From Marivivens sp. (GTDB lineage: Bacteria; Pseudomonadota; Alphaproteobacteria; Rhodobacterales; Rhodobacteraceae): 64,000 nucleotides of DNA. Location of the stretch: NCBI GenBank assembly GCA_024642115.1, contig JAHEBU010000012.1, positions 34,383-98,382 of the forward strand. The letters run 5' to 3'. The first letter of the stretch is position 1. The number at the start of each line of letters is the position of its first letter. This document shows positions 56,401 through 64,000 of this stretch, piece by piece. The notes beneath the pieces were generated by a model. That model saw only the letters and a program-made list of their open reading frames with translations, ran no database searches and was not told the origin of the DNA. The position numbers and the translations under genes are program-made.

Positions 56401-56901
56401 CATTTCACGCATGGCGCGGGCGACAGCAGTGCGGATGACCGGTTCACCCAACCGCTTGATCGCCCGGCGCAGGGGCGCGGCAAGGCCCCGGTCATCGTCC
56501 AGGACCCGCCCCGTCAGCAATAGTGCCCAGGTCGACGCGTTTACGAGCGACGAGGCCGATTTGCCAAGGTGTGTGCCCCAGTCCGAGGGGGCGATCTTGT
56601 CCTCGATCAGGGCGTCGATCGTGTCGGCGTCGGGGACACGCAAGAGCGCCTCGGCCAGACACATGAGCGCAATCCCTTCGTCGGTCGAAAGACCGTATTC
56701 CGCGAGGAACACCTCCATCAGGCCGGGGTCGGAACTGGCCCGGATCTGACGAACCAGATCGGCTGCGCGGGCGCCGATACGGGCGCGATCCGCCCCGGTC
56801 AGAGCGGCCTGCGCGACGAGTCGGTCCAGGGCCGTGTGCTCGTCAGCAAGATAGTCGGCATTGATGCGGGCGCGCGGGGCGTCCTGAGAATCGCGAGGCA
56901 T
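53464..56901 (-). CDS. putA: Bifunctional proline dehydrogenase / L-glutamate-gamma-semialdehyde dehydrogenase PutA
   Basis: 1145 aa. A PRODH barrel is followed by an ALDH domain (catalytic SAGQRCSALR). Confidence 0.95.
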   Translation of the reverse strand: MPRDSQDAPRARINADYLADEHTALDRLVAQAALTGADRARIGARAADLVRQIRASSDPGLMEVFLAEYGLSTDEGIALMCLAEALLRVPDADTIDALIEDKIAPSDWGTHLGKSASSLVNASTWALLLTGRVLDDDRGLAAPLRRAIKRLGEPVIRTAVARAMREMGRQFVLGEDITKAMKRAEGMQAKGFTYSYDMLGEAARTDSDARNYHLSYSRAISAIAAHCTHGSVAKNPGISVKLSALHPRYEVAQKARVMEELVPRVRALALLAKSAGMGFNIDAEEADRLSLSLDVIEAVLSDPSLKGWDGFGVVVQAYGQRASHVIDWLDDLADRLNRRIMVRLVKGAYWDAEIKRAQVEGLDGFPVFTAKQHTDVSYIANARKLLGLTARIYPQFATHNAHTVAAVLDMARSMGRTAEDFEFQRLHGMGETLHSLVLTAEKTRCRIYAPVGAHEDLLAYLVRRLLENGANSSFVNQIVDEEVPPEVVAADPFDSIGKGTRLTRAPDLFQPERANSQGWDLTHTPTLNRLEKGRAPFTTHQWTSGAMIAGPAQAATAEPVLNPANPADTVGHVRPASDEEIAAAFDVANAWTASPAERARILNAAADAYEEHAPELFALLAREAGKTLPDCVGEVREAVDFLRYYASQISGSATGLWTCISPWNFPLAIFTGQIAAALAAGNAVLAKPAEQTPLIAARAVQLLHSAGVPKSALQLLPGSGLVGAALTSDPRITGVAFTGSTATARKIATAMADHCAPGTPLIAETGGLNAMIVDSTALPEHAVRDIVNGAFRSAGQRCSALRCLYVQEDIADKVLKMLRGAMDELVLGRPWDMTTDVGPVIDAAAHKTIADHIARAKAEGRVLHALPIPATGHFIAPTIIQITGINDLDREIFGPVLHVATFKSAGLDSVIDAINATGYGLTFGLHTRIDDRVQTIVERVHAGNIYVNRNQIGAVVGSQPFGGEGLSGTGPKAGGPNYLPRFVGQAAPEAGTDWDRAEDMGSLGNRLARASVAAQTEPRDMPGPTGESNRLSLVARGPILCAGPGPDAAHRQAEAIRALGGVAVQATGFFDPDLLTRLTPLGGVIWWGDNSQARRMAQALSRRDGPIAALVTSMPDVAHAQHERHVCIDTTAAGGNAALLAEVGS

Positions 56902-57006
56902 GGGGGACTCCGGCTAAAGATGGCCTATGATACCCGATTGTTGCAGGTCGATTTGCCTGCTATTCAGGGATCAGGTCATCGGATTGACCAAAGTTGGAGG
57001 CAAGGA

Positions 57007-57495
57007 TTGACCGAACGCCTTTCTGATCTGGATCGGTTCGACAAAAAGATACTTGATGTTCTCGCTGTCGAAGGCCGCATCAGCGTTACTGAACTCGCCC
57101 GCCGGATTGGCCTGTCCAAATCGCCCACGCAGGCGCGGCTGAAACGGCTGGAGGATTCGGGTGTCATCCGGGGCTACCGCGCCCTGTATGATCCGATCCA
57201 GTTGGGTCGGGACCATGTAGCCTTTGTCGAGGTCAAGATGACGGATACGCGGGAATCCGCGCTGGCCGCATTCAACGCCGCAGTCCTGAAAATTCCGGAA
57301 ATCGAACAGTGTCACATGATCGCGGGCGCCTTCGATTACCTGCTCAAAGTGCGCACGGCCAGCATGGCGGGATACCGTCTGGTGCTGGCCGAAAAGATTT
57401 CTACCCTGCCGCATCTGGCCAACACATCGACCTATGTGGCAATGCAGGCGGTCAAGGAGGAAGGTTTGGCCCCGGTCACCCCGATGTCAGCCTGA
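57007..57495 (+). CDS. putR: Lrp/AsnC-family proline-responsive activator PutR
   Basis: The in-frame TTG at 57007 has GGAGG 6 nt upstream. LDRFDKKILDVLAVEGRISVTELARRIGLSKSPTQARLKRLE. Divergent from putA. An ATG at 56921 is an alternative start. Confidence 0.8.
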   Translation: MTERLSDLDRFDKKILDVLAVEGRISVTELARRIGLSKSPTQARLKRLEDSGVIRGYRALYDPIQLGRDHVAFVEVKMTDTRESALAAFNAAVLKIPEIEQCHMIAGAFDYLLKVRTASMAGYRLVLAEKISTLPHLANTSTYVAMQAVKEEGLAPVTPMSA

Positions 57496-57545
57496 TCGCG
57501 TTGATCCGGCTTGACGGGACCCGCCCGCGGTACACATCCTTTTTC

Positions 57546-58091
57546 ATGCGCCTGCTTTTTGCCCTATGTGTTCTTGCCGCGCCCGCCTTTGCACAGGATC
57601 AGACCTGTCCGGCGGCGATGGACCAGTCTGCCGATCAGTCGGCGCTGTTTGACCGGCTGAAAAGCGCCCCAGATCAGGCCGTGGCCAATTCCCTGATGGA
57701 CCAGTTGTGGCGCATCTGGACGCTTGCCCCAGACGCCAAGGCGCAGGACCTGCTGGACCGGGGGATGGAAGCGCGCGAAAGCTTTGATTTCCTGGGCTCA
57801 CGCGACATTCTGGACGGGCTGGTCGAGTATTGCCCTGACTATGCCGAGGGGTACAACCAGCGCGCCTTTGCCAATTTCCTGCGCGAGGATTATGCGGCGG
57901 CGCTGGTTGATCTGGACCGCGCGCTGGAACTAGAGCCACGCCATATGGGCGCCTTGTCGGGCAAGGCGCTGACCCTGATGGGACTGGGCCGCCGGGACGA
58001 GGCGCAGGTGATCCTGAAAGAGGCGGTCGCCCTGAACCCATGGCTCAAGGAGCGCGGCATGATCGTGACACCGCCGGGGCAGGATATATGA
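57546..58091 (+). CDS. Secreted tetratricopeptide-repeat protein
   Basis: Signal peptide [16 protein letters not shown] and TPR-like repeats ([32 protein letters not shown]). Confidence 0.7.
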   Translation: MRLLFALCVLAAPAFAQDQTCPAAMDQSADQSALFDRLKSAPDQAVANSLMDQLWRIWTLAPDAKAQDLLDRGMEARESFDFLGSRDILDGLVEYCPDYAEGYNQRAFANFLREDYAAALVDLDRALELEPRHMGALSGKALTLMGLGRRDEAQVILKEAVALNPWLKERGMIVTPPGQDI

Positions 58092-58136
58092 CACCGACTT
58101 TACGCAGGGCCATTCCCCGCTTAGGAAGGCGGGCGT

Positions 58137-58222
58137 GCCTGCGTGGTGGAATGGTAGACATCGGAGACTTAAAATCTCTTGGCCGAAAGGCCGTGCCGGT
58201 TCGAGTCCGGCCGCGGGCACCA
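58137..58222 (+). tRNA. tRNA-Leu (anticodon TAA)
   Basis: Folded by hand. Acceptor GCCTGCG/CGCGGGC, anticodon loop CTTAAAA, long variable arm GGCCGAAAGGCC, T-arm GCCGG-TTCGAGT-CCGGC, A73 and an encoded CCA. Confidence 0.93.
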
Positions 58223-58267
58223 GAACACGTCCCCATGATTCAGCGCGACAGTCGGCTGGGTGGATGG

Positions 58268-59254
58268 TCAGTTTTTACCGAACATGCTGGAATAGCGGAT
58301 GATGGTCGGGCCAAGCGTGATCAGAAAAAGCGCTGGAAGCATCAGGGTGGCCAGAACGGCCGACATGTGAACCGGTAATTTGTTTGCCTTTTCGTGCGCC
58401 TTCATTTCGCGCGCGTCGCGCATTTCAAGGGCGTAGGCGTTCAGCGCCACGGCAACGCTGGTCCCGTATTCCATCGACTGGTTGAGCAGGGCCACAAACG
58501 ATGTGACTTCTTCGACGCCGATCCGTTCGCCCATGTCAATCAGGGCCTGTCCGCGGTCCCGGCCCGCCAGGACCTCGATCTGGCAGGTCAGGAATTCTTC
58601 GCTGATTGCGGGCGCGACGGGGGCCAGTTTCTGGCCGACCCGCGTCATGGCCGCGTCGATGCCCAATCCCGCTTCGACCGAAATTTGTAGCAGGTCCAAT
58701 GCGTTGGGAAAGGACATCTCGATTTCGCGACGGCGCGCGGCGATCTTGCTTTTGAGCCAGTAGGTCGGGCCGTAGAACCCCAAGGCCACCAGAACGGCGA
58801 TCGTCTGGACGATCCGGAGCGGGGTGATCGAGTTGAACCATTCATCGACCCAGGAACTGACGCCGACGAATTCGCGGATCGAAAAGAACACGACTGCCAA
58901 GAAAGGGGCGGCCATCGACAGGGTCAGGCGCAGGATGAAAAAGTTTCGGACAGCATTCACGCCGTCAAAGCCTGCCTGCCGCAGCCGGAACCGGATGGCG
59001 GTCCGTTCGCTGCGGTCTTCGGGGATCAGCGCCTTGAGCAACCCTTCGGGAACCTGATCGGGGGTCTTGCGCAGGGCCTGCCGCGCCTCTTTGTTCACAT
59101 AGACCTTGGACGTCTGACGCATCCGCCGACTTGCCGCGTCCTCTTTGAGGAAGGCCGTAAAGCAGGCGTAGCTCAGCATGAGGATGGCAAGGCCCTTGAC
59201 GAGCAGCAGTGCCGCCGATTGATCGAAGGTCAGCCCCAGAAAGATGTCGAACAT
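58268..59254 (-). CDS. tadC: Tad pilus inner-membrane platform protein TadC (T2SS-F family)
   Basis: 328 aa with TM segments flanking a T2SSF-type cytoplasmic domain. Follows tadB. Confidence 0.8.
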   Translation of the reverse strand: MFDIFLGLTFDQSAALLLVKGLAILMLSYACFTAFLKEDAASRRMRQTSKVYVNKEARQALRKTPDQVPEGLLKALIPEDRSERTAIRFRLRQAGFDGVNAVRNFFILRLTLSMAAPFLAVVFFSIREFVGVSSWVDEWFNSITPLRIVQTIAVLVALGFYGPTYWLKSKIAARRREIEMSFPNALDLLQISVEAGLGIDAAMTRVGQKLAPVAPAISEEFLTCQIEVLAGRDRGQALIDMGERIGVEEVTSFVALLNQSMEYGTSVAVALNAYALEMRDAREMKAHEKANKLPVHMSAVLATLMLPALFLITLGPTIIRYSSMFGKN

Positions 59255-59264
59255 CGGCCCTCTC

Positions 59265-60230
59265 CTAGATCTTGAAGGTCACGAGTCTGCGCAGCAATAG
59301 CGCGTTCCCCGCCACCAGCAAAAGAATGGTCGCCACAATTGGCTTGAACATCGGATCGTCAGAGACAGACGAAAAGTATGTCGGCGCCATGAGTGTCGTG
59401 CCGCCGTACATCACCGCAGGCAGAAGGCTGAGGATGATCGCCGAAATCCGGCCTTCGGATGAAATCGCGTGGATCCGCCGTCGCATGGCATACCGTCTGC
59501 GGATCACCGCAGAAAGCGTGCCCAGCATGGCGGCCAGGTTTCCGCCCGCACCGTGCTGGATGTCGATGCTGACCGACAGATAAAAGAAATCCTCCTGATC
59601 GATCCGTTTGGCCAGTTCCATCATCGCCGCAGGCAGCGAGTCGCCATAGGTGATCTGATCAGCCAGCAGCCCGAATTCCGTTCCGATCGGATCGGGCATG
59701 GTCCGAGCTACGTTGGCGATGGTCACGTTCAGCGGATGGCCCACCGTCAGCCCCCGCTTCATCAGGTCGAGCGCGTCGGGCAGCTGTTTGGCGAATTTGT
59801 CGATCCGGCGCTGTCGGATCGTGTTGATGATGACCATAGGCAGGGCAATCGATAGCCCGAACCCGGCAAGTAGCGCCAACGGTGCCCCCAGGATCGACTG
59901 GGTCGACACAAAGACCGACGATGCCGCCAGCGCACAGATCATCATGAAAAGCCGCGGTTGGATGGTCATGCCGGCCTGCCGCATCTTGGCGGGGATGTTT
60001 CCGAAAAACGGCAGGCGCTGCCAGCGGCTGGGCCGGGACTGCCGGTACTTGGCCAGCAGATCTTCGGTCGAGATGCCTTTGGACAGGGCCTTGAGCCGTC
60101 TGGTCCTGTGCTGGTCGCTGCCATCGGAGGCAAAGATTGCCTGGCGCGCGGCCTCGAACAGAAAGATGAAACCGACGAAGCCGCCGATGATGTAGAAAAA
60201 GTAGGGGTTGAGGTCCTTGACGCTATCCAT
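59265..60230 (-). CDS. tadB: Tad pilus inner-membrane platform protein TadB (T2SS-F family)
   Basis: The internal ATG at 60230 lies 2 nt after the cpaF stop. T2SSF-type architecture. Confidence 0.8.
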   Translation of the reverse strand: MDSVKDLNPYFFYIIGGFVGFIFLFEAARQAIFASDGSDQHRTRRLKALSKGISTEDLLAKYRQSRPSRWQRLPFFGNIPAKMRQAGMTIQPRLFMMICALAASSVFVSTQSILGAPLALLAGFGLSIALPMVIINTIRQRRIDKFAKQLPDALDLMKRGLTVGHPLNVTIANVARTMPDPIGTEFGLLADQITYGDSLPAAMMELAKRIDQEDFFYLSVSIDIQHGAGGNLAAMLGTLSAVIRRRYAMRRRIHAISSEGRISAIILSLLPAVMYGGTTLMAPTYFSSVSDDPMFKPIVATILLLVAGNALLLRRLVTFKI

Positions 60231-60232
60231 GC

Positions 60233-61663
60233 TCAGGCCTCCGATGCGGTAAAGGTGTTGACGGGAAGGTCGATCCCGGCCGCCGCGATCAGGCTCGCGC
60301 ATTTCGGTCGGATCCCCGTTGCCGCAAATCTGCCGACAACGCGCCCTTCTGCATTCAGTCCGGCCTTTTCAAAGCGGAAGATGTCCTGCATCAGCAATGT
60401 GCCCGCTTCGGTCCCGGTTACTTCGGAAATCGACATGACCCGCCGCGATCCGTCGCCCAGACGGTTCAGCTGAAGGACGATCTGGATCCCCGAGGCGATC
60501 TGGCTGCGCACCGCCGAGAGGGGGAAGTCGCCGCCGACCATCACCACCATCTGTTCCAGACGGCTGAGCGCGTCACGCGCGGTGTTGGCGTGGATCGTGG
60601 TCATCGACCCGTCGTGGCCTGTGTTCATGGCCTGCAACATGTCGAACGCCTCGACCCCGCGAACCTCGCCGATGACGATGCGGTCGGGCCGCATCCGCAG
60701 GGCGTTCTTGACCAGTTCGCGTTGCGAGATCGATCCACTGCCTTCGATATTCGGTGGACGGGTTTCCAGCCTGACGACGTGATCCTGTTGTAACTGGAGT
60801 TCGGCGGCGTCCTCGATCGTGACGATCCGTTGCCGGTGGTCGATGAACGAGGACAGGGCGTTAAGCATCGTCGTCTTGCCCGACCCGGTCCCGCCCGAGA
60901 TCAGGACATTGAGCCGTGCCTTGACCGTGGCCTGAAGGAACGTCCCAGCCTGCGCCGACAGCGCACCATAGCTGACCAATTTGTCGATGGTCAGCTTGTC
61001 TGCCGAAAATTTCCGGATCGAGAGGGAAGGGCCATCAATGGCGCAGGGCCGGATGATCGCGTTGACCCGGCTGCCGTCTTCGAGCCGCGCGTCGACCCAA
61101 GGGCTGCTTTCGTCAATGCGGCGGCCGACCCGGCTCACGATCTTGTCGATGATCCGCAGCAAATGCTTTTCATCGCGGAACCGGACGGGAGAGCGTTCGA
61201 GTACGCCCTTGCGTTCCACAAAGACCTTTTCATGGCCGTTCACGAGGATGTCGGAAACGGTATCGTCGGCCAGAAGCGGTTCGAGCGGACCAAGGCCCAG
61301 AACCTCGTCCATCATCTCGTCAATCAGCGACTTGAGACGGTCGGATCCCAGTTGCCGGTTTTCATCCTGAAGTGTCTTGAGCGTCAGCGTCGAAATCTCG
61401 CGCCGCAGGTCCGACCGGCTGACTTTTTCAATGGCCGACAAGTTGATCCCTTCGAGGATCACTTCGTGCAGGCGATGTTTGAGGTCCAGGTCCTCGCGGA
61501 CCTGCTGCGACTGTCGGACACCGGCGGCGACGTCCACGAGCCCGGAATTGGCCGGGGTCGGAGCACCGATCACGGCGACCTTTGCGGGGTGCGGTGAGAC
61601 GGGAACCGAAACAGGCTGCGCCCGGGCGGTCTGTTGGGGGGAGGATTTGAAAGAGTTGAACAT
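60233..61663 (-). CDS. cpaF: Tad pilus secretion ATPase CpaF/TadA
   Basis: Walker [10 protein letters not shown], Asp/His boxes ([20 protein letters not shown]). 476 aa. Confidence 0.9.
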   Translation of the reverse strand: MFNSFKSSPQQTARAQPVSVPVSPHPAKVAVIGAPTPANSGLVDVAAGVRQSQQVREDLDLKHRLHEVILEGINLSAIEKVSRSDLRREISTLTLKTLQDENRQLGSDRLKSLIDEMMDEVLGLGPLEPLLADDTVSDILVNGHEKVFVERKGVLERSPVRFRDEKHLLRIIDKIVSRVGRRIDESSPWVDARLEDGSRVNAIIRPCAIDGPSLSIRKFSADKLTIDKLVSYGALSAQAGTFLQATVKARLNVLISGGTGSGKTTMLNALSSFIDHRQRIVTIEDAAELQLQQDHVVRLETRPPNIEGSGSISQRELVKNALRMRPDRIVIGEVRGVEAFDMLQAMNTGHDGSMTTIHANTARDALSRLEQMVVMVGGDFPLSAVRSQIASGIQIVLQLNRLGDGSRRVMSISEVTGTEAGTLLMQDIFRFEKAGLNAEGRVVGRFAATGIRPKCASLIAAAGIDLPVNTFTASEA

Positions 61664-61674
61664 CGTGGCCGCCC

Positions 61675-62913
61675 CTATGCCTGTCGCCGCGTGCTGGCTG
61701 CTGCCAGATCGACGATTGTCTTGACCACCGGCCGCAGCGCCTTGACCACCTGAGACCGGGGCTGACGGATCGCCATCGGCTCGCCCACATCGGCGGCCTG
61801 CCGGGCGGTGCGGTCATCGCGGGGGATCCAGTGTGTCAGCTTGCGATCAAGGAACTTTTCCGCCTCGCGGGCGGCCTGGGGCAGGCTGAATGGGCGGCTG
61901 GACATCGACACCACGACGTCAACCGGCAGGCCGACGTGATCTTCGGAAAAGCCGTCGATCATCCGGCGGACCTGCCGGGTGGAATGGACGGTCAGGTCGG
62001 TCAGCACGATCAGCTGATCAACCCGCGACAACATCGGATCGAACCATTGCGCCACAGCCCGAGGCAGATCGAGGATGACGTAGTCGTACATCAACCGCAG
62101 TTCATCGAGCAGGGTGGCCATCATCTGCGGTGACATCGCATCCAGAGGGGCAATTTGCGTCGGCGCAGCCATCACATCGAACCGCGCCCGGAATGGCTGC
62201 ATCAGCTTGCGGGCGACATCGTGGTCTGCCGGAGCCTGAGCCTTGAGGAAGTCCACATATGCTCCGGAATCGTGCACGTCGATGGACGCGCCCAGAACGC
62301 CATTCTGGAAATCGAGGTCGATGACGGCCACCTTGGCCGGGTCTGATTTGTCCTTGCGCTTGCGTTCGGTCAGAAGCGCGGCAAGGTTGAGGACCGTACT
62401 GGTGCAGCCGATACCCCCCCGGCTTTGCGTGATGCCAAGGATCACCCCGTTGCGCACGTCGCCGCCGCGGCGCTGGCGGGCCTCTTCGATCACCGGGGCC
62501 ACCTGAACGGCGTCGGCCAGTTCGGGACGACGCAAGGTGAGCGGCATGACTTCGTCGACGCCGGCCTCCATCAGTTGGCGAACCTGCGACATCGACAAAG
62601 TTTCGGAGGTTACGCCCAGAAACCGCAGCCGGTTGTCCTCGCGCGATTGAAGTTTGCGCAAGCCGGCCAGTTCGGCGTCCGAACCGGGCTGAACCTCGAA
62701 CACGATGACGTCCGTCTCAGTCAGGTCCAGGGCCGGATCGTCGGCCAGATCAGCGAGGCTGATCTTTTGGCTGCGGACCGAGACGCCGTCATCATGCGCC
62801 AGTCCGCGTCCCACCATTTCGGCAAGGCCGGGCGTGGCACTGATCGAAAGGATCCGGGTGACAAGGGGTTGTGCGTGGGGCAGGGCGGACATGTCGGGGG
62901 CGATCTGGGTCAT
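61675..62913 (-). CDS. cpaE: CpaE/TadZ-family pilus assembly protein (receiver-like domain plus atypical ParA/MinD-like domain)
   Basis: 412 aa. The P-loop region reads SRGGIGCTS. Its position immediately upstream of cpaF is canonical. Confidence 0.75.
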   Translation of the reverse strand: MTQIAPDMSALPHAQPLVTRILSISATPGLAEMVGRGLAHDDGVSVRSQKISLADLADDPALDLTETDVIVFEVQPGSDAELAGLRKLQSREDNRLRFLGVTSETLSMSQVRQLMEAGVDEVMPLTLRRPELADAVQVAPVIEEARQRRGGDVRNGVILGITQSRGGIGCTSTVLNLAALLTERKRKDKSDPAKVAVIDLDFQNGVLGASIDVHDSGAYVDFLKAQAPADHDVARKLMQPFRARFDVMAAPTQIAPLDAMSPQMMATLLDELRLMYDYVILDLPRAVAQWFDPMLSRVDQLIVLTDLTVHSTRQVRRMIDGFSEDHVGLPVDVVVSMSSRPFSLPQAAREAEKFLDRKLTHWIPRDDRTARQAADVGEPMAIRQPRSQVVKALRPVVKTIVDLAAASTRRQA

Positions 62914-63554
62914 TAGCTGTCTCCGCGTTTCAGGGCTTCGGCTGGCAGCGAGGCACTCATGGAGGGGAACGCAAAGTCGGCACCGACTTGCGAGGCGTTG
63001 GCCGCCCCCATCATGGCGGCAAGCCCGCCGATAGGGGTGACGAATTCAAAATTGAGGTTGCGGATCTCGACCGTGACGCGGGGCGTGTAGGGCCCCCCCA
63101 GAAAGCCCATCTGGGGGTCGAACCGGTATTCGAAAACGAGGTTGGCGCGGGTGGCGTTGGACGGCATCAGCGGGCTGACCTTTGCCCAGATCGCATCGGA
63201 TTGGGCATTGGCCGTGCTGGCCGTGCAGGTCACGGTGGCTGCTGTGGCGCACAGGCCCGTGGCCGCGTTGCAGGACGCCCCGAACTTGTACTGGGTCGAG
63301 GTGCCCACGAAGGAGCCGCGGACGTTGGTGGCCGGAAGGCCGCTACAGACAGGCGAGGTTACGACAGCCTCGCGCACCGCCCGTTCGGTCGCCTTTTGCG
63401 CCATCACATAGGAAAATCCCAGCCGCCCAAAGTCGATAAGGCCGAAGAACAACAGAAGGAAGATCGGCATAACCAGCGCAAATTCGACCAGCATCGCGCC
63501 GCTGTCGTCCTGCCGGAACCGGGTCAGCCGAGTTAGAAGCGCGTTCCGGGTCAT
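62913..63554 (-). CDS. TadE/TadG-like pseudopilin
   Basis: N-terminus RFRQDDSGAMLVEFALVMPIFLLLFFGLIDFG is the TadE-type motif. The stop overlaps the cpaE ATG (TAATG). Confidence 0.7.
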   Translation of the reverse strand: MTRNALLTRLTRFRQDDSGAMLVEFALVMPIFLLLFFGLIDFGRLGFSYVMAQKATERAVREAVVTSPVCSGLPATNVRGSFVGTSTQYKFGASCNAATGLCATAATVTCTASTANAQSDAIWAKVSPLMPSNATRANLVFEYRFDPQMGFLGGPYTPRVTVEIRNLNFEFVTPIGGLAAMMGAANASQVGADFAFPSMSASLPAEALKRGDS

Positions 63555-64000
63555 GATCCGAAGATCCGGCTTTGGTCGGTGATGTGGGTCGTCACCGCCG
63601 CCGCAGTCGTGCCAGCGAAGGTAAACAAGCTGTGGAACGGGTAGGTGATGTGCAGTTCGGCCCGCAACTGGACGACGCCCGTCTGCGCCAACCGGTAGCT
63701 GCCTGTATAGCAGGTCAGCGACGGCACGACCGAAACCACGGTGATCGAAGAAGGGAACAGGGCGGTCCCGCTGGACGATTTGCGCACCATGTCCGTCACG
63801 GTGTTTTGCAGATAGCCAAGGTTGCCGCCCTTTGTGCAAATGTCGCTTTGCACGGACCGACCGACATAGCGCACGGCATCCCGGACCCCGGCAATCGTCG
63901 CCTGATAGGACCAATAGGTGCGCGCCCCTTCGATCATCACGCCAAAGATCAGCAGCATGATCGGCAGGGCGAGCGCGAACTCGACCAGCGCCGCGCCGTC
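63551..64000 (-). CDS. TadE-like pseudopilin (5' end outside window)
   Basis: The frame is open to the window edge and reads DGAALVEFALALPIMLLIFGVMIEG... The stop overlaps the next gene's ATG (ATGA). Confidence 0.65.
   Translation of the reverse strand, partial: DGAALVEFALALPIMLLIFGVMIEGARTYWSYQATIAGVRDAVRYVGRSVQSDICTKGGNLGYLQNTVTDMVRKSSSGTALFPSSITVVSVVPSLTCYTGSYRLAQTGVVQLRAELHITYPFHSLFTFAGTTAAAVTTHITDQSRIFGS

Noticed and set aside
57546-58091. TPR protein as the missing TadD of the tad locus
   Set aside because: It is on the opposite strand, separated from tadC by tRNA-Leu, has a Sec-type signal (AFA/Q) rather than a lipobox, and is shorter than typical TadD. The association is not supported.
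1-64000. Searched by eye for CRISPR arrays, IS elements or transposases, integrases, prophage genes, toxin-antitoxin pairs, rRNA genes and known defence-system signatures
   Set aside because: None found. The only repeats are the short palindromic and MITE-like elements reported above, and no evenly spaced direct-repeat array is present.

Overview
GC-rich segment with strong third-position GC bias (many long spurious antisense ORFs). It looks like an alphaproteobacterial, Rhodobacteraceae-type chromosome: the tRNA-His has no G-1 and carries A73, a GTTC-N7-GTTC SOS box is present, and TTT transporters, PutR/PutA and a DddP-like M24 protein occur. All calls come from reading the ORF track and the DNA by eye; nothing was searched or computed. 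I call about 60 protein genes and 2 tRNAs. In order they are: the ribD tail; kpsC, an OPX exporter and kpsS on the opposite strand; ribE, an unknown ORF, ribB(X), ribH and nusB; membrane proteins including hdeD; mmcB; tRNA-His; an AbrB-type membrane protein; a tctCBA / AtuA-like / DUF4387 operon with divergent tctDE plus a coupled binding protein; a LysR, 2OG-oxygenase and DddP-like M24 trio; rluD; rpoH; an oxidoreductase, DUF4389 and two GNATs; pepF; an ATP-dependent ligase with an MBL exonuclease; ygfZ; an ABC exporter; aminotransferases; valS; an Lrp, decarboxylase, orphan Mo-hydroxylase subunit and DUF2235 group; metF/metR; a GGDEF-EAL protein; suhB; a rhomboid; putA/putR; tRNA-Leu; and the distal half of a Tad/Flp pilus locus. 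I saw no CRISPR array, IS element, integrase, rRNA or recognisable riboswitch. The items most worth a second look are: (1) a 26-bp perfect-palindrome repeat family (GTAAGGTGGGTTTnAACCCACCTTAC) sitting on or next to stop codons, plus a 180-bp MITE-like composite built from it, with a truncated second copy; (2) the TctDE-linked operon that couples a TTT importer to an uncharacterised AtuA-like/DUF4387 enzyme pair, where the kinase gene is translationally coupled to an orphan periplasmic binding protein; (3) a LysR-controlled, ATGA-coupled 2OG-oxygenase and DddP-like M24 pair; (4) an orphan form-II CoxL-like subunit overlapped by a Tle1-like DUF2235 hydrolase downstream of an Lrp-controlled decarboxylase; and (5) unannotated small ORFs, namely a Tat-signal micro-protein, a divergent Flp-like pilin and a 54-aa membrane peptide.
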